Positions 11,991 to 26,118 of a stretch of 64,000 nt of DNA are shown in pieces. The notes under the pieces are model-generated. The model did not search any database, was not told where the DNA came from, and saw only the letters and a list, made by a program, of their open reading frames with translations. The position numbers and the translations under genes are program-made. Source of the DNA: Octopus vulgaris (Eukaryota); contig OX597825.1 of assembly GCA_951406725.2 (NCBI GenBank), positions 42,470,001 to 42,534,000 on the forward strand, given 5' to 3'. How positions within the stretch are numbered: the first letter of the stretch is position 1; every line of letters begins with the position of its first letter.

Positions 11991-14447
11991 CAGCCATTCT
12001 ACACACTCTCCTGTTCCAGAAAGCTCTTTCTCTTTGTTCATCTACTTCTGGTCATTCCAAAATATAATGACACATTGGCTGCTGGCAACTTTTTCCTTCT
12101 TCTTTCTTTTGTTTTGAACTTTCCTATGCCACCTGTTTCCAAAGAAGAGCTTTGCCCCAAACATAAAACTACTACTCTTTCTTCCATTCTCAGAGCGTTT
12201 TTATTAGTACTTTGCATGTACCATGTTCTGGCATTGTTGTTGTTTTTTGTTGTTGTCTTTTTCCTCCATTTTTTTCTTATTAATTATGTATGTATATATA
12301 CTTATATTCATATGTACATATACAGAGGGAAGAAGAGAGTAACAGATTACTAAGATTGATAACAGTACTTGGTTTTGTGAGCAAGAAACAATAATTTATC
12401 AATTGAAATTACACTTACAATGAAAAAAAGAATCATTATTTATAATAACACTTCTTGACAAAGGGACCCACTGAAAAGAACTCTGAAGTTTAAATTGATT
12501 AAAAATTAAATGGAAACATGCAGTGGAAAGCAAGTTTTATCTTTGTTGTGTACAATGGGTGCAGCAAACATGTTTTGTTGTTATATCTTTTAAGTTAAAC
12601 ATAAGTCTAATATACAACTGCTCTACATTAGGACAACTTTTAGTTTCATTGGGAAAAATATTAAATGATTTAAGGAAAATATCCCTGGGATACCTTCAGT
12701 ATAAATTACATATGGATAAGGATAGGCTAAAATATTTAATGTGCAGAGCAAAAAAGTTTTTAATCAAGTAAATTTTAAAAGAGTGGTTATATAGTTAGCT
12801 TCATATTAGATATAGTACTTCATTACAATTGGCTGAATTTGTACAATAATTTGTAATTAGATTGTTATGTTGAACTTTTACTCTAATAAAACTATCCATT
12901 TTATCCCACCATTCCACAGAAGTCATACTGAAATTTTATATTCTAAGACTCTTTAATATTATTTTCTTTCACATTTTAAAGTAAATTAACATAATTCAGG
13001 GGCTCACTTATTATGGTTATTATATGCAAATTTGAAAATATTTGATACTTATGTTTCTCTTTATCAACAATGCTGTTAAGTAGGTTTGAAATTAATACAT
13101 GCAAAAAATATTAATTTAAACTCCACTATATGCATTTTCCAAGGCTCTGTTGAAGATGATGAATCTGTTTTCTCTTAGTTGTTAAGGTGACAGTAAGTAC
13201 CAAAAGATTTCACTTTCCTGGGTCATTAGTGGTAAGAAAAATCCCCTCCTGAAACAAAAAATAACCAAAATATTCAGAACAATTTTACTTGTGTTAATAC
13301 ACAAATTAATTATAGATATGTTAACCATATTAAAAAAAAGACAGCATGTTTATAAACAAGTACACTTCTTGTAGACATTTTGAATGCTAAAAATTCAGAG
13401 AAAGCAACAGATGAATTAACAAAATGTAATTGTAAATAATCAAGAACAGAGAAAATGTATTAGATTCAGTTGAGAGACCATCATTCCCATTGTTTTACTT
13501 ATATGTAAAAGGTTTTACTTAACCACATTTTAAAAACTTGACAAAGTAACTCAAAATTAAAACAATATCTCATTTAAATAAATGAAATAAAACTAAGAGA
13601 TTTTTCTATACTCAAAAGTAAAATCATATCAGTGTGAATTATACTTGTATGATTTCATAATTCAATTAATGTACTTCTCATACATCATACAATAAAATAG
13701 CTTTATGGCATCATAAAAAGACTTTCATTTAATATATTTCAGTTACCTAATCTAATTATTTTATTGATTTGTATAGATCAGAGTTAAACTACCATGTCTA
13801 ATCTACCATATGACTTTCATAATTTAATATCATTCAAAATTTAATAAATATCTATCATCATTGATACAATATCTTAGTTACCTCACTCATATTTTTGATA
13901 GCATCCAAATCTACTTTCATAAATGCAACCGAGATATACATAATTGCTTTTACAGTTGTTCTATTCAATCAATATGTAACTATTATCATAATGTAAAATT
14001 TTCAAAATAACAATCATTTGATATTTTTGAAAACCAAAACCAATTAAAAGATGCTAAAATAAATACTTCAAATGAAGAACATAGAACAGACTATTAAATA
14101 TATTTAGTATTCATTTGAAATTAATGATAATACAATCTGAAGGAGTTGTCTAAAATGCAATAATGGATTCAAATATATGCATAGATGTTTAATTAAAACC
14201 ATTATCTTTCTTACTGGATGCTTCAGAATATAAGTTTTCCCATTTTCCTTTTGCCATCTAACTCTTCTGGAAAACTTTCGTAAGCTGCCATAACCAATTA
14301 TCAATTGCTGAGAAAGTCAGAATTTCCTCTAATATATCTTTGAAAGAAAATCTTCAGTTCTAGCATAAATCTCATTACTACAATGACAACATTCTTCTTA
14401 ATTATCCTTATCATCATTATGATTTTTAATATAAGTGTGGGAAGAGA

Positions 14448-14550
14448 TATAGCTGTGTGGTGGTATGTTGGGCAAGTATCTTGTACTATATTCCCCAGCT
14501 AATCACAGCCTTGTGAATGGGTTTGGTGGTTGGAAACTGAAAGAAGCCAG
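14448..14550 (+). mobile_element. SINE family A fragment followed by (TA)n
   Basis: gctgtgtgg..ggcaagtatctt..gccttgtgaatgg..ggaaactgaaagaagcc. Confidence 0.8.
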
Positions 14551-14575
14551 TTACATATACATATACATATACATA

Positions 14576-14629
<54 letters not shown>

Positions 14630-14689
14630 TGTGTGTGTGTTGGTCTCTCCTTATCTTAACATTGTGCAATATTTAATTTATTTCTGAGT

Positions 14690-14905
14690 AGGCAGTGAGT
14701 TGGCAAAACCATTAACACATTAGGTGAAATGCATTTTGTCCATCTTCATGTTCCCCATTCAAATTCTGGCCAGGTCATCTTTACCTTTCATTTTTCCAGG
14801 ATCAATAAAATAAGTAACAGTTGAGCAGGGGAGGGGGTGTTGATGTAATCAACTTACCACATTAGATGAAATTGCTGGCTTTGTGCCAAAATTTGAAATC
14901 AATAT
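14690..14905 (+). mobile_element. SINE family B copy
   Basis: ggcagtgagttggcaaaacc..tcaaattctg..cctttcat..aataagtaacagttgagc. Confidence 0.75.
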
Positions 14906-15239
14906 TGTAAATGAGTGCCAGTGTCATTCATTGCATATCTGCCATTAAAACATGTTGCTACAGGAAAGTATTATTTTGCCTGAGAACAGGAGAGATTTGG
15001 CAACATAAAAGACATCAAGCTGTAGAAAAATGTGCTTTAACAAATTTCCCCAACGTTATACCAATAGAGTAATGCAGCCATAAAAACGTGATGATGTTGT
15101 TTTAGGGGTTGTTTGAAGCAAAATGAAAAATTCTGATAATTTCAGATGACAAAACAATTGTAACAACTGATGTTTTTTTCATGCAAAAGTGCATTACATG
15201 AACCGATTTCCACTTATAAATTCAACCACGTCGAGAACT

Positions 15240-15520
15240 CACTTCCTAAGAATAATTTGTTGTACCAGGTGACCACCTAAATTGATAAACATGTTGGCTA
15301 CTCTCCAACATAATCCACCATAACTTTTACAGGATTACCAATCTTTACCTCAAACCCACCATTAGCAATATATATTCATTATCCAAAAACGGAAATCTAA
15401 ATTTAGTCATTCAACCCACAACAAAGAGCAACCAAATTCTTTCAAATATACTATCATCCATATTAGAAAAGAAGGATACATTGGCTAATGTAGTTAAAGA
15501 TAATAAAAAAAAACATACTG
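15240..15520 (+). mobile_element. Possible highly decayed CR1/L2 endonuclease fragment
   Basis: One frame reads NLNLVIQPTTKSNQILSNILS, resembling the APE motif L.Q.V..PTR.NNILDL. Confidence 0.3.
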
Positions 15521-18500
15521 AATAATTGTCTTGGCTTAACTGACTTCGCTTGTAGGACTAATCTGGGAGTAAAAAAACAACTAATGTAATCACTTGTTCA
15601 CTTTTGATATAGGCATTGCAAGTGTTCAGGAGTATTCCTGGTGACATGCTCTGCTTCCACAGTTTGTAAAGAGGACTTTTGAATAATCCAAGTCCAGAAA
15701 AGCAACAGTTATCAATTGTTGTTGATGTTAATTGATCATTTTTAACCATCTTTCAAATTTGAATATAATGGCTATAAAATATATGTAAAAATATATAAGA
15801 TACATTTTTAAAGGTACTAAGAAGCTAATATGGCAGCAACTCTTCTGTCAAGAGAGTTGCCAAACAAAAGATAGTTAATTCAAGGCATTAACTTTTGAAT
15901 AGGTTTCTATAAGAATAGCTTTCCATAAGAAAGAGTAAAAGAATGCATCCTAAACACACAAGAAATTATAAGTTTTGCTTATAAATGAAATGCATCATCT
16001 ATTTTCATATGACTCCATGGTATTTGGGTGGATTTAGTAGAGTCAGTTTTGCTGCAATCATTTGGGCCATGTATTTTATCTGAGAGTAAATTTCCTTCCT
16101 CTCTCTAATCTTGGAGACCCTGATAAGGATCTTGGGAGCCTCCTAAAACAGTCATTAAACTATTTTAATTGAAGTTAGGGTTTTAAAAATGGGTGCTAGT
16201 ATACCTTTGAAAGGTGCATATATGAACAAAATTGTTTTTTTTAATATTACTTCATGTTTCCTTATATTCACAAATCTAGATTAGAGTACATTTCCCAATT
16301 TTCTATTACATTAAACTAATTAACTAATAAATTTTAGAAAATGTCAATCAATGATAAAAACACTCTCCTGTCCCTTCCAAGTAATTAACATGAAGAAATA
16401 AAAAAACAATTCAGGTATACTTAAGTTACCCTCAAGACTTTTGTGAGATACATAGCAGGATTTGAGTTGTAGGGATAAACTCAGATTAAACAAAATATTC
16501 AGGGATACTATGTATTCCCTAAATATATATTTAAAATGAATAAATTATATAAAGAATTTGAGGGCTGTTAATTTTAGGTGAACAACTTCCTCTACATTAT
16601 TTGCTTCTTGCTCAGATAGTGATTTACAGTGCAGTAACTAAATCTCACTGGAACTATTCTAAATAACAGGAATACATGCTTGATAATGCTGCCATACATA
16701 CTTCTGAAAATGACAAGAATTTCAATACTGAAATAGGTTTTGCTCATACTGCTACCCAATCTTGGACTAAAAACATGATCTTGGACTAAAAACATAACAA
16801 TCATAAGATGGAATAAATAACCCATTAAAACATAATAATAAAATGTTGTTTTTCTTTTCATAGATGCTCCTTGTGTATCATAAAGGCAAAAATATCTTGC
16901 AAAAAATTGAAACTGAATCACAGTTACAATGTTTTCTGTATTTACTTTTACGTTACAGTTCCATCACATTGTTGATTTGTCTTGACTAGGTACAAGAAAA
17001 ATGTACAAGGAAGTTGATTTTAGTATAATACTAGTATTTACTAACCCAAGAGGTGTAAAATCCAATGATAACCCAGGAAATAATGTCTAAGAATATAGAT
17101 GGAAAATATTTAAATATTGCAAAGCATTTAATCTGGTATTCCGCTATCTCTGCCCAGTCAATGGACTCACATTTATTATTGAAATGGAAATAAGGTGAAT
17201 TTAGGTCTGTGATCTGTTTTATTTATCTGATGAAATGATACTATGAGGCCAATAAATAAATAAGCAAGCAGAGACAGCTGAGAAAATGGTCATAAAAGTG
17301 TTAATAAGAATGGTAATAGGGAAGATTATTTGAACTGCAGTAATCTGAACAGAATCAATTGTAATAATTTCTATGGCAACATAAGTCATTATTTAACTAC
17401 TTTAATGTTTAAGGTATTATAATGTCTTTGAAAACTTCTGTTGTGGAATTGTATCTCAGATTCCATCTTATCATTTTCTTACAGAAGTTTTAATAGACGT
17501 CTGCATAAGAGGTATATAATATTCGAAAATCTTTATTTCAGTTACTTGCTAGCACACTTACACACACACTAATACAGGCATACATATTCAGACTAACTCA
17601 AGAACAACATACACACAGTCACACAGACTATATAATATTGCACCTGCTCCTTTTCCCTCTCACACTTTCTTACAACGTCCCGCCCTACCACATAAACATA
17701 TTATTTATTATGCTGTACATCGCTCATAAGTGTCTGTGTAGCTTTGCATATATACATAAGTTTGGAAGATTGTAACATATGCAAGTAATTCAAAGTCTGA
17801 TGAATATCCACTAAATAATTACATAAATATTTATGCTTGGCACTTAGCCTGAATATAAATACATTTTAAATATATTACTTATTTGTAAATATTAAGACAG
17901 TTACTACTGTCCATTTCCTATAATAAAAGCAAAACAATGAATTAAATGTAGAGTTTCTTAAGACAAGATTAGAAGTAAATCTGTTTGTTAATATTGATGC
18001 ATTTCATTCCACAATTGGTATTACGTTTACAGTTGTTTTAGCTGCAATAATAGATGTAATATTTCTTTCTTTGAAGCAACAATCAGAGTTCTTTCTGCTT
18101 CAATTCATGCTACTCTGCAAGAATTTTGTCTCTTACTTATATTTGGAATGACATCATGTTAAAAAAAACCTTCATAGAATCAACAACATTCAGCTTAAGG
18201 ATCATGTTGCAGGAGACCAAACATTTGCATCTAAAATAATGTAATTATTGAGGAAAAATCTCTTGAGTCTATGTAATTCAATAGAAAACATTTTGGGTTG
18301 GATCGTTTGAGAAGAACTGATGACTCAGTGGACAGCATCAAGTTCTAATGTATGCTTTGACATGGATTCTACAGCTAGATTCCACTCTTAATAACAACTG
18401 CTTTACACCATGTACTACAAAGGTTGCCACAAGTCTTGCAGCTTGCAAGACTAAGATTCCATTCATTGAGTGAAAAGGATCACAGTAAAGAAGGCAGTTT

Positions 18501-18864
18501 CATACTAAGTGAGAAGGGTCCTAAGCAGAATGTTTTCCTTGCCATAGAGGAGCTACGTGGCTACTCTCATGATAAAAGAAAAAGTGAGAGTAACTTGTTA
18601 AAGAGAAATTGCACAAGAGTGGAGGAGGATAGAGATAAAAATAATGATGATTGGGTGTCAGAAGAGATCTTCAAGGTATGAAGTTCACAAAGATAGTGGG
18701 AAGAGAATTTCATGGAGTCTGGTTGAGTAGAAGTGACAAGAGTATATGGGAAGGTGAGAGATGGTCAGAGATAGAGAATGGGTGAAGCAGTGATTATAGT
18801 GAATGAAGTACAAATGGTGGAGGAAATGCAAGGAATACTATTACTACTACTAATAATAATAAAT

Positions 18865-19034
18865 CAGTATTGCTTGGAATTAGTTACAAAAATCAGCATT
18901 GCTTGGAACCACAAGAATTCATTGCAGGGTTCTTGAAACATGACCATTTAACAAGTATCACCTTAGTCTACTGACTGTGGACAGCTAACACTTTCTATCA
19001 TACCCAGCAAAATAAGCTGTGTATTTGTATCAAA

Positions 19035-19077
<43 letters not shown>

Positions 19078-19167
19078 TATAATAACACTTTCTATCATAC
19101 CCAGCAAAAATAAGCTGTGTATTTGTATCAAAGAATAATAATAATAATAATAAAAAAAAAAAAAAAA

Positions 19168-19200
<33 letters not shown>
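18865..19200 (+). mobile_element. 3' tip of an R4/Dong LINE with duplicated 3' UTR, embedded in (TAA)n
   Basis: LQKSALLGTTR..RVLET* then UTR; aacactttctatcatacccagcaaaataagctgtgtatttgtatcaaagaa occurs twice, each followed by a TAA tract. Confidence 0.75.
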
Positions 19201-19208
<8 letters not shown>

Positions 19209-19289
19209 TAATAAAATCTCTAAATGCTGGTGATGTAAAAATTGTGACAATGAATCTCTAAATGCTGGTGATGTAAAAATTGTGACAAT

Positions 19290-19817
19290 GAATCTCTAAA
19301 TGCTGGTGATGTAAAAATTTCATGTGGCATTTTCCAGGGTGACTCACTATCACCGCTCCTCTTCTGTTTAGCCTTAATACCTCTCTCAAAACTGCTCAAT
19401 GATGCGCAGTACGGATATAAAATGTTTGATAAAAATATAAATCATCTCATTTACATGGATGATTTAAAGCTCTTTGCAAAAAATGACCAACAACTCAAGG
19501 GCTTACTAGCGATTGTCAAACAATTCAGTGATGACATCAGAATGCAATTTGACCTCGATAAATGCGCAAAAGCTACCTTTATCAAAGGAAAAGTGACAGA
19601 AACATCTAACGTTAACCTTGACCAGCAGAATGTCATAAAAGACTTAGACCCAGCAGAGAACTACAAGTATCTAGGGGTAATTGAAGGAGAAGGAATAAGG
19701 CATTCAGAGATGAAGGAAAGGATCAGGAGAGAATGCTATCGCAGAGTAAGAGCAATACTCAAGACAGAGCTGAATGCGAGAAACAGGATCGAAGCGATTT
19801 CAGATTGGCTGATTTGA
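19290..19817 (+). CDS. R4/Dong-type reverse transcriptase fragment (domains 4-7), open frame, truncated at both ends
   Basis: In frame with ORF 19422-19817: CGIFQGDSLSPLLFCLALIPLS..INHLIYMDDLKLFAK..DKCAK..YKYLGV. Confidence 0.9.
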   Translation, partial: ESLNAGDVKISCGIFQGDSLSPLLFCLALIPLSKLLNDAQYGYKMFDKNINHLIYMDDLKLFAKNDQQLKGLLAIVKQFSDDIRMQFDLDKCAKATFIKGKVTETSNVNLDQQNVIKDLDPAENYKYLGVIEGEGIRHSEMKERIRRECYRRVRAILKTELNARNRIEAISDWLI

Positions 19818-21621
19818 CCTTGTTTCAGAAGTGATACAAGTATGTGACATTAATAAGCCACAACTATGGTGAAATGCATATCTGTCACTCTTGTGGTCAA
19901 TTCTTGGGTGCTTTCATGTCTAAAGTATGTGTTCTTTAACACAATATGTTTATAAAGGAATTTTTCCCTAGACAAACACAGCAGCCTCTAACTTTTCAAT
20001 GATAAATTTATTAAAAATATTGTATAGATGAAGATTTTATTCTAGAATTACTTCTATGCATATTTCAAATAATAATGATAACAACAACAACAGCAGCAAG
20101 CACTTAGATAAACATTGATTTATAAAGCAATAATTGACATGAGACAGGAAGTTTATTCTATTTCAAATGGCATATCAATGATTAATGAGTGCAGAAATAA
20201 CATATGTTACCTGATTCAAAAGAATTGATACTTTCTGTTTGGAAATAAGATGCTATATTTATTGTGCATTATGGATGGTTTTTATTTTTTCATAAATTTA
20301 TTGCAAACTTTTCTGGTGTATTTCTTTGGCAAGTTTATCTTATTAGGAATAATTTTGAAAGGGATTACAAGTGTGTATGAATCCTATGGTGAATTTTAAG
20401 GCAAGAAAAATATAAGTTCCTTTTGCAGTCAATGTGACAGTGAAGTATATAATAACTGTCCCTAATTTTTGTGTTTGACCTAAGAAAAAACTCTTTTGCC
20501 TCTGTGCCAGTAGTATTATCATGAGAGAAATGAAACCACTGAAAGGATCAAGCAACATTTGAGCCATATTGACAAGTGAAAAAATTGTGTCCCAGACAAT
20601 ATTGTCTAAACTACAAAAATGGCCATACACCAAATATCACCACAATTTTAATTCTGCCACACTGATATTATCAGCAAAGCAGGTTTTGAAATGCTTTCAC
20701 ACAAGATTAAACTTAAATAATTCTTACTTTCTTTCATTTGCTTTTATATAATTTTTCTCATATACAATTAATGTTATTTTAGTAATTGTATCTTTTTATT
20801 TTATATCTTATAGTTTTCTGTTCATTAGTTATGTTTTATCCATGAACAGAAACATTACATTACATTAGTCTTATTAAAATAGGAGTTGATTGTGAGTGCT
20901 TTAGATATATGTGGCACATGATGACAACAGTAAAGTTATGGCTAGTGATACAGAAGCCTATTTAAAATGAGCAGATGTAAACCTTCACTCTAACGAGTTC
21001 TTCTATCAACTATTTCCAAAGTTTCTGTTTATGGTTTATGTGTTTGGTGCATGACAACTAAATAGTAAATGGATTGCAAGAGGATGAAATTTGTGTGAGA
21101 CTGTTTATCAAGGAATTAAATGTGATTTCATCTTCATAAATGTAGTGAGGGTGACAATAAGTAATTGTCCATAGTGTTAGTGCTAACTCCAGTTGCATTA
21201 CTGAGCTCAATGTCAGCTTTGATCAAGCAAACCTAGCATTAAAAGCAAAAACATTTTGTCTCCTTTTTAAGATAAAGGATGTAAATGAAGGAAATTCATC
21301 TGCTTCTTTTAGCAGGTTGATCAATCCAGATTGTTTCTAATTTGCCTATTATAATTTACAGTTTACTATCACAAAGTGTTAAATGACTTTCAGCATTTTG
21401 TAGAACAGTTATTACCTTTATATTTGCTAAAAAAATAACTAATCCTTTTGACATACATGCCAGTAAATTCTGTAGTGGCATGCATAATTTACTAATCTAG
21501 TCAACATACAACAACTAACAGGCTTTTTTGTACACAAGATCTGATAAAAACTGTACATGACCCTAAAAGTTATATGCAATGATTTTATAAAACTGCCAAT
21601 CATATCTGATGTATTTTTATG

Positions 21622-22504
21622 TATGAGGTGGTATGAAAAAGTTCCTGGACAAGTTCTGTAGCATGCCTACAGATGGCAGCACACAGTTGCATCCACAGTT
21701 GAAGCTAGCAGTGACCTTCATGAGGCAGTGTGCCAGAGGACATCATTGTGTTTACTTCACAAGTCATGAAATTTGTGATCACATGTATGCTGTAGTCTGT
21801 GATTCTGTCGTGGACAGGAACAAAGAACCAATGTGAAATTTTGCATTAAACTTAGGAAGTCTGCTACAAAGACATTGAGCAAGCTTATGACAATGAGACA
21901 AAGGGTCACATGCAATGTTTTGAGTGGCATGGGCACTTCAAAAGCAGATGAATGTCTCTGAAAGATGATGAACGATCTAGAAGACCTGCCATAAGCATCA
22001 CTCCTAGAAATGTGGTATTGTGCATCGAGAATTCATCTCCCAGAGCCAGACTGTCAAGAGTTCTACCACAACGTTTTGAAGCATTTGAGGAAGGACATTC
22101 AGCAAAAGCAATCAGATCTGTGGCTCACAAAGAATTGGATTCTTCACAACAACAATGCACCCTGTCACCGAGCTCTCCTCACTCATGGGTTTCTCACCAA
22201 AAACAACATGGCATCATTTCTGCATCCACCCTATTCACCAGATTTAGCACCTATGGACACCCATCTCTTCCCCAAGGTGAAAATGCAGCTCAAAGAACAC
22301 TGTTTTAACACCATTGTCAAGATTCAGAGTAAATTGTAGAATGTCCTTGACTCACAGAAAATGACTTCCAGGCCAGATTTCAAAAGTGGCAGGAATGTTG
22401 GGACAGGTGTTTTGCTGCACAAGGTGATGCTGTTAAAACTTACATAAATAAGATATTTTTTATTAGACATAACTAGTCCTGGAACTTCTTGTTACTACCT
22501 CACA
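21622..22504 (+). mobile_element. Internally deleted mariner with both TIRs
   Basis: TIRs gaggtggtatgaaaaagttcctggac / gtcctggaacttcttgttactacctc; ORF 22010-22339 has WILHNNNAPCH and HPPYSPDLAP; N-terminal DDERSRRP. Confidence 0.92.
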
Positions 22505-23161
22505 CATGAATAAATGTCTGGATATTTGTTATACATGCTCTCACAGATAGAGTTTTCTTTGCTGAAGAATTATACATTTTCAATTATCTACAATATTTCT
22601 AGCTAATTTTACATTGAATATGACATAAGTGCCTTTGAACACCTTCAGGTTTAACACAAGATGATTGCCTGTGTAAAGATACTTGACTAAACTAAGTAGA
22701 GAAAATGTTGATTACTTTTTGATTAATTTAGGGAAAATTTAAATGTTTAAGAAGAAAATAATATACCAAAATTAATTAAAGTCTCTAGCATTCTAAGTTG
22801 TTAAAAAGTATTGATAAAGAAAAATCCATAGGTATAGGTGCAAATAGCCAAGTTGGCAACTTCTGGAAATAAACATAAGAATTTCATGATATAATCAAGC
22901 CAAAGTATTATACTCATAATAAGAGTTACAAAGGAACATCTCTAGTTTTACAATGAACAAAAACACCATTTACAGAGTCATAATTAAGTTCATGTACACG
23001 AAATGATTTAACTACTAAGATCTCCAAATAAGATAGCTGTCTAGGCAACTGTTGATTGTATTATATTCTTAATAAAGCTAAATCACTGAAACAACTTTCC
23101 ACCCATATATGAATAAATGATAGACAGTAAAACAATTTAAAGCGTTATTATTACATTAGGG

Positions 23162-23378
23162 AAGGCAGAAAACTGGCAGAATTATTAGTACACTGGATGA
23201 AATGCTTAGCGGTATTTCACCTGTTGCACCATTCTGAGTTCAAATTCTGCCGAAGTCAACTTTGTGTTTCATCCTTTTAGAGTCGATAAATTAAGCACCA
23301 GTGAAACACTGGGGTCAATGTAATCAACTAGTCCCCTCCCACCAAATTTCTGGCTTTGTGCCTATAGTAGGAAGGATT
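23162..23378 (+). mobile_element. SINE family B copy
   Basis: Same head, core and tail as 4623-4840. Confidence 0.88.
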
Positions 23379-23745
23379 ATTACATTAGGGAAAAGTACAT
23401 CAAGATGCAGTTCAGTAATTTTGTTTAATAATTCATTGGTAAAAGTGAGTTAAGAAAAATACTTGATCAGTGTACTGGTTTTAAATGTAACATTTCACCA
23501 TAAGTTGATATATCAACTTTCTGTATTTCACATAATTGATTAACATTGAGCTGAGTCTGATCATTTTCTATTTCAGGATATTTCCAGATAAATCAAAATA
23601 ATTTACTGAAGCATCTTCAAATATTAACAACACCTGAGTCAAATATGATGTAAAATACTTCTTAAACCTCTCATCAATGTTAGTAAATCTGTATGCACTA
23701 TTTGTTCATCATCGCCAAAAATATTCTTTCACATCTCAATGGAAA

Positions 23746-24625
23746 ATATGAAATGCATTAAAAAAGCATCTGACTTTTATATTTTCCACCAAAACTAATG
23801 CCATGTCAGCAAATTTCTTTGCATGGGAGGGCATGCCACCCTTTCTGCATGTGTGTGAAAATATTTGTGCCAGTACACTGTGTCAGTTTGTTGCTGTTAT
23901 GCACACAGAGTATAGACATGTAGTGCATGCTCGTTGGATCTTTTCTTTCATGCAAAATGAACAAATGCATCGAGTAGAGACCACAAACTCATGTCTTATC
24001 ACAAGTGATGATGATCTTCATGAAGTCTGAGTTGTGGTTTGTGCAGTCCAGCGTGTCCTGAATGATTTCCATGCAGAGCTGCTTCTGCAGGTCCATCAGC
24101 CCCCTTCAGGATGAATTTCACCAACACTCTCCACATGCACAAATTTTCCATTTAAATGGAATACATTGATCCTGTGTTTATTCTCACTTTATGAGCAATC
24201 TCGTGGTTTGTTACACAACGGTCTTCTATAATTATTCACCATTCTCAATCGGTTCCTCATTTTGGTTCGCTTTCCACTGAGGTACTGCTATGTTTGAAGT
24301 AGTTGTATGACTCTTTGATCTGAGTTTTGCCCATTGCATCATTGCCAAAGGCCTGCTGAATCTTCTGGATACCTTGATTATCACCAAGCTTTTGGCAAAA
24401 CATCTCTACTTGATGCAATTCAATAAAAAAGAAAATCTGATGAGTGTACACTACACATCTGTCTTCTAGGTTTAACAACCAGAAACTGACTCAGCCTACC
24501 AGTATGAAAATTTTCTCTCGTGTGCAGAATTGGTGACATCACCTCCCATCCAGGGGATTTTGCTCACATGCCATTTGTTTTGGCAAGAAAAAAATCAAAG
24601 TTGGATACTTTTTGAACGTACCTTA
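23746..24625 (-). mobile_element. Internally deleted mariner with both TIRs
   Basis: ORF 24257-24478(-) FCQKLGDNQ..IQQAFGNDAMGKTQIKE.YNYFK...SVESEP is the mariner HTH; TIR-like ends at 23746-23780 and 24595-24625. Confidence 0.85.
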
Positions 24626-24644
24626 TATTTAACCTGCTCTTTTT

Positions 24645-26118
24645 CATCATAGTCCTTCAGGCAATAACAGAGGAAATTAAGACTGGCTGCCTCTGAAAGC
24701 TCCTCTATGCTGATAACCTTCTTATAGCCAAATCACAACAAGAATTACAGAAGAAATTTCAGACATGGAAGCAAAGTTTAGAATCAAAAGTCCTTAGAGT
24801 CAATCTAGTAAAAACCAAAATCTTAGAAGGTAGGAGAGCAGACAAATTACAAATCATTTCAGGTAGATGATCCTGCTTGATCTATAGAAAAGGCATAGGT
24901 AGAAACTCCATAAAATGTACCCAATGTAAGCTGTGGACACATAAGAGGTGCAAGAAATATCAGAGGAAGGTTAACTGAAAAGATAGTTTTTGTGTGTGGA
25001 AGGTGCACAAGTACAATTAACACTAAAAATGTACAGAAAATAGACTCCATCAAATGTCAAGAAGGAAAATTGGAAGTGGTCGATAGCTTCCATTACATTG
25101 GTGACCAAGTCAGTAGCAGGGTGGATGCTCCAAGAACATAGCTTCTGAAATAAGAGTAGATTGGGTAAAGTTCAGAGAGTTCTTACTTCTGCTGGTAACA
25201 AAGGGCCTGTCTCTCAGAGTGAAAGACAGACTGTATAATGCCTGTGTATGAACAGCCATGCTACATGGCAGTGAAACATGGTCTGTAACTGCTGAGAATA
25301 TGCATAGGCTCATAAGAAATGAAGCTAGTATGCTTTGCTGGATGTGTTATGTCAGTGTCTTTGCATGACAGAGTGTAAGCATCCTCAGAGAGAAGTTGGG
25401 CATTAAAGGCATCAGATGTGGTGTGCAAGAGAGACAACTGCACTGGTGTGGTCATGTGATGCATATGGACAATGATGGAAGGAACCTGTGGAAGAGGTAA
25501 ACCAAGGAAGACTTGGGATGAGGTGGTGATTTTTGAATGTTGGGCCTCATGGAGGCAATGACAAGTGACTTGGACCTTTGGCGATATGCTGTGCTTAAGA
25601 AGACCCATCAAGTCAAGTGAGATTGTAGTTGTGGCTGAGGCCAGTATTGCATAACTGGCATGTAAAAAGCATTCTTCAAACATTAGGCAATATGCTATGC
25701 TTGTGTAGACCTGTCAAGCCAAGTGAAATTGTAGTCATGACTGATGCCAGTGCCATCTGACTGGCACCTATGCTGGTGGCACGTAAAAAGCACCGTTTGA
25801 ACATTGGGACTTCATGCAGGGAATGACAGGTGACTGAGAGCTTTGGTGATATACCGTGTTTGTGAAGACCTGTGAAGCCAAATGAGGTCATAGTCGTGGC
25901 CAATGCCAGTGTCACATAAATTGCATCCATGTTAGTGGCAAGTAAAAAGCACACACTATACTCTTGGAGTGGGTGCCATTAGGAAGGGAATCCAGCCATA
26001 GAAACCATACCAAATCAGATTGGAACCTGGTACAGATCCCTGGCTTGCCAGTTTTCAGTTAAACCGTCCTACTCATGCCAGCATGGAAAGCTGACGATAA
26101 ATGATGATGATGACGATA
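24645..26118 (+). mobile_element. 5'-truncated decayed copy of the RTE family seen at 51762-55077
   Basis: Colinear with 53297-55077 (LQAITEE.., LHGSETW..); repeats in the 3' UTR; (GAT)n tail. Confidence 0.92.

Noticed and set aside
11151-12353. Many overlapping YI/CV/HT-rich ORFs (also 2127, 4452, 35402-35787, 60611-61305, 63590)
   Set aside because: They are translations of microsatellites that lack stop codons
15300-15500. Possible mitochondrial insertion (strand-skewed composition, ANG-like motif)
   Set aside because: No frame gives a recognisable mitochondrial protein; a LINE endonuclease remnant fits slightly better
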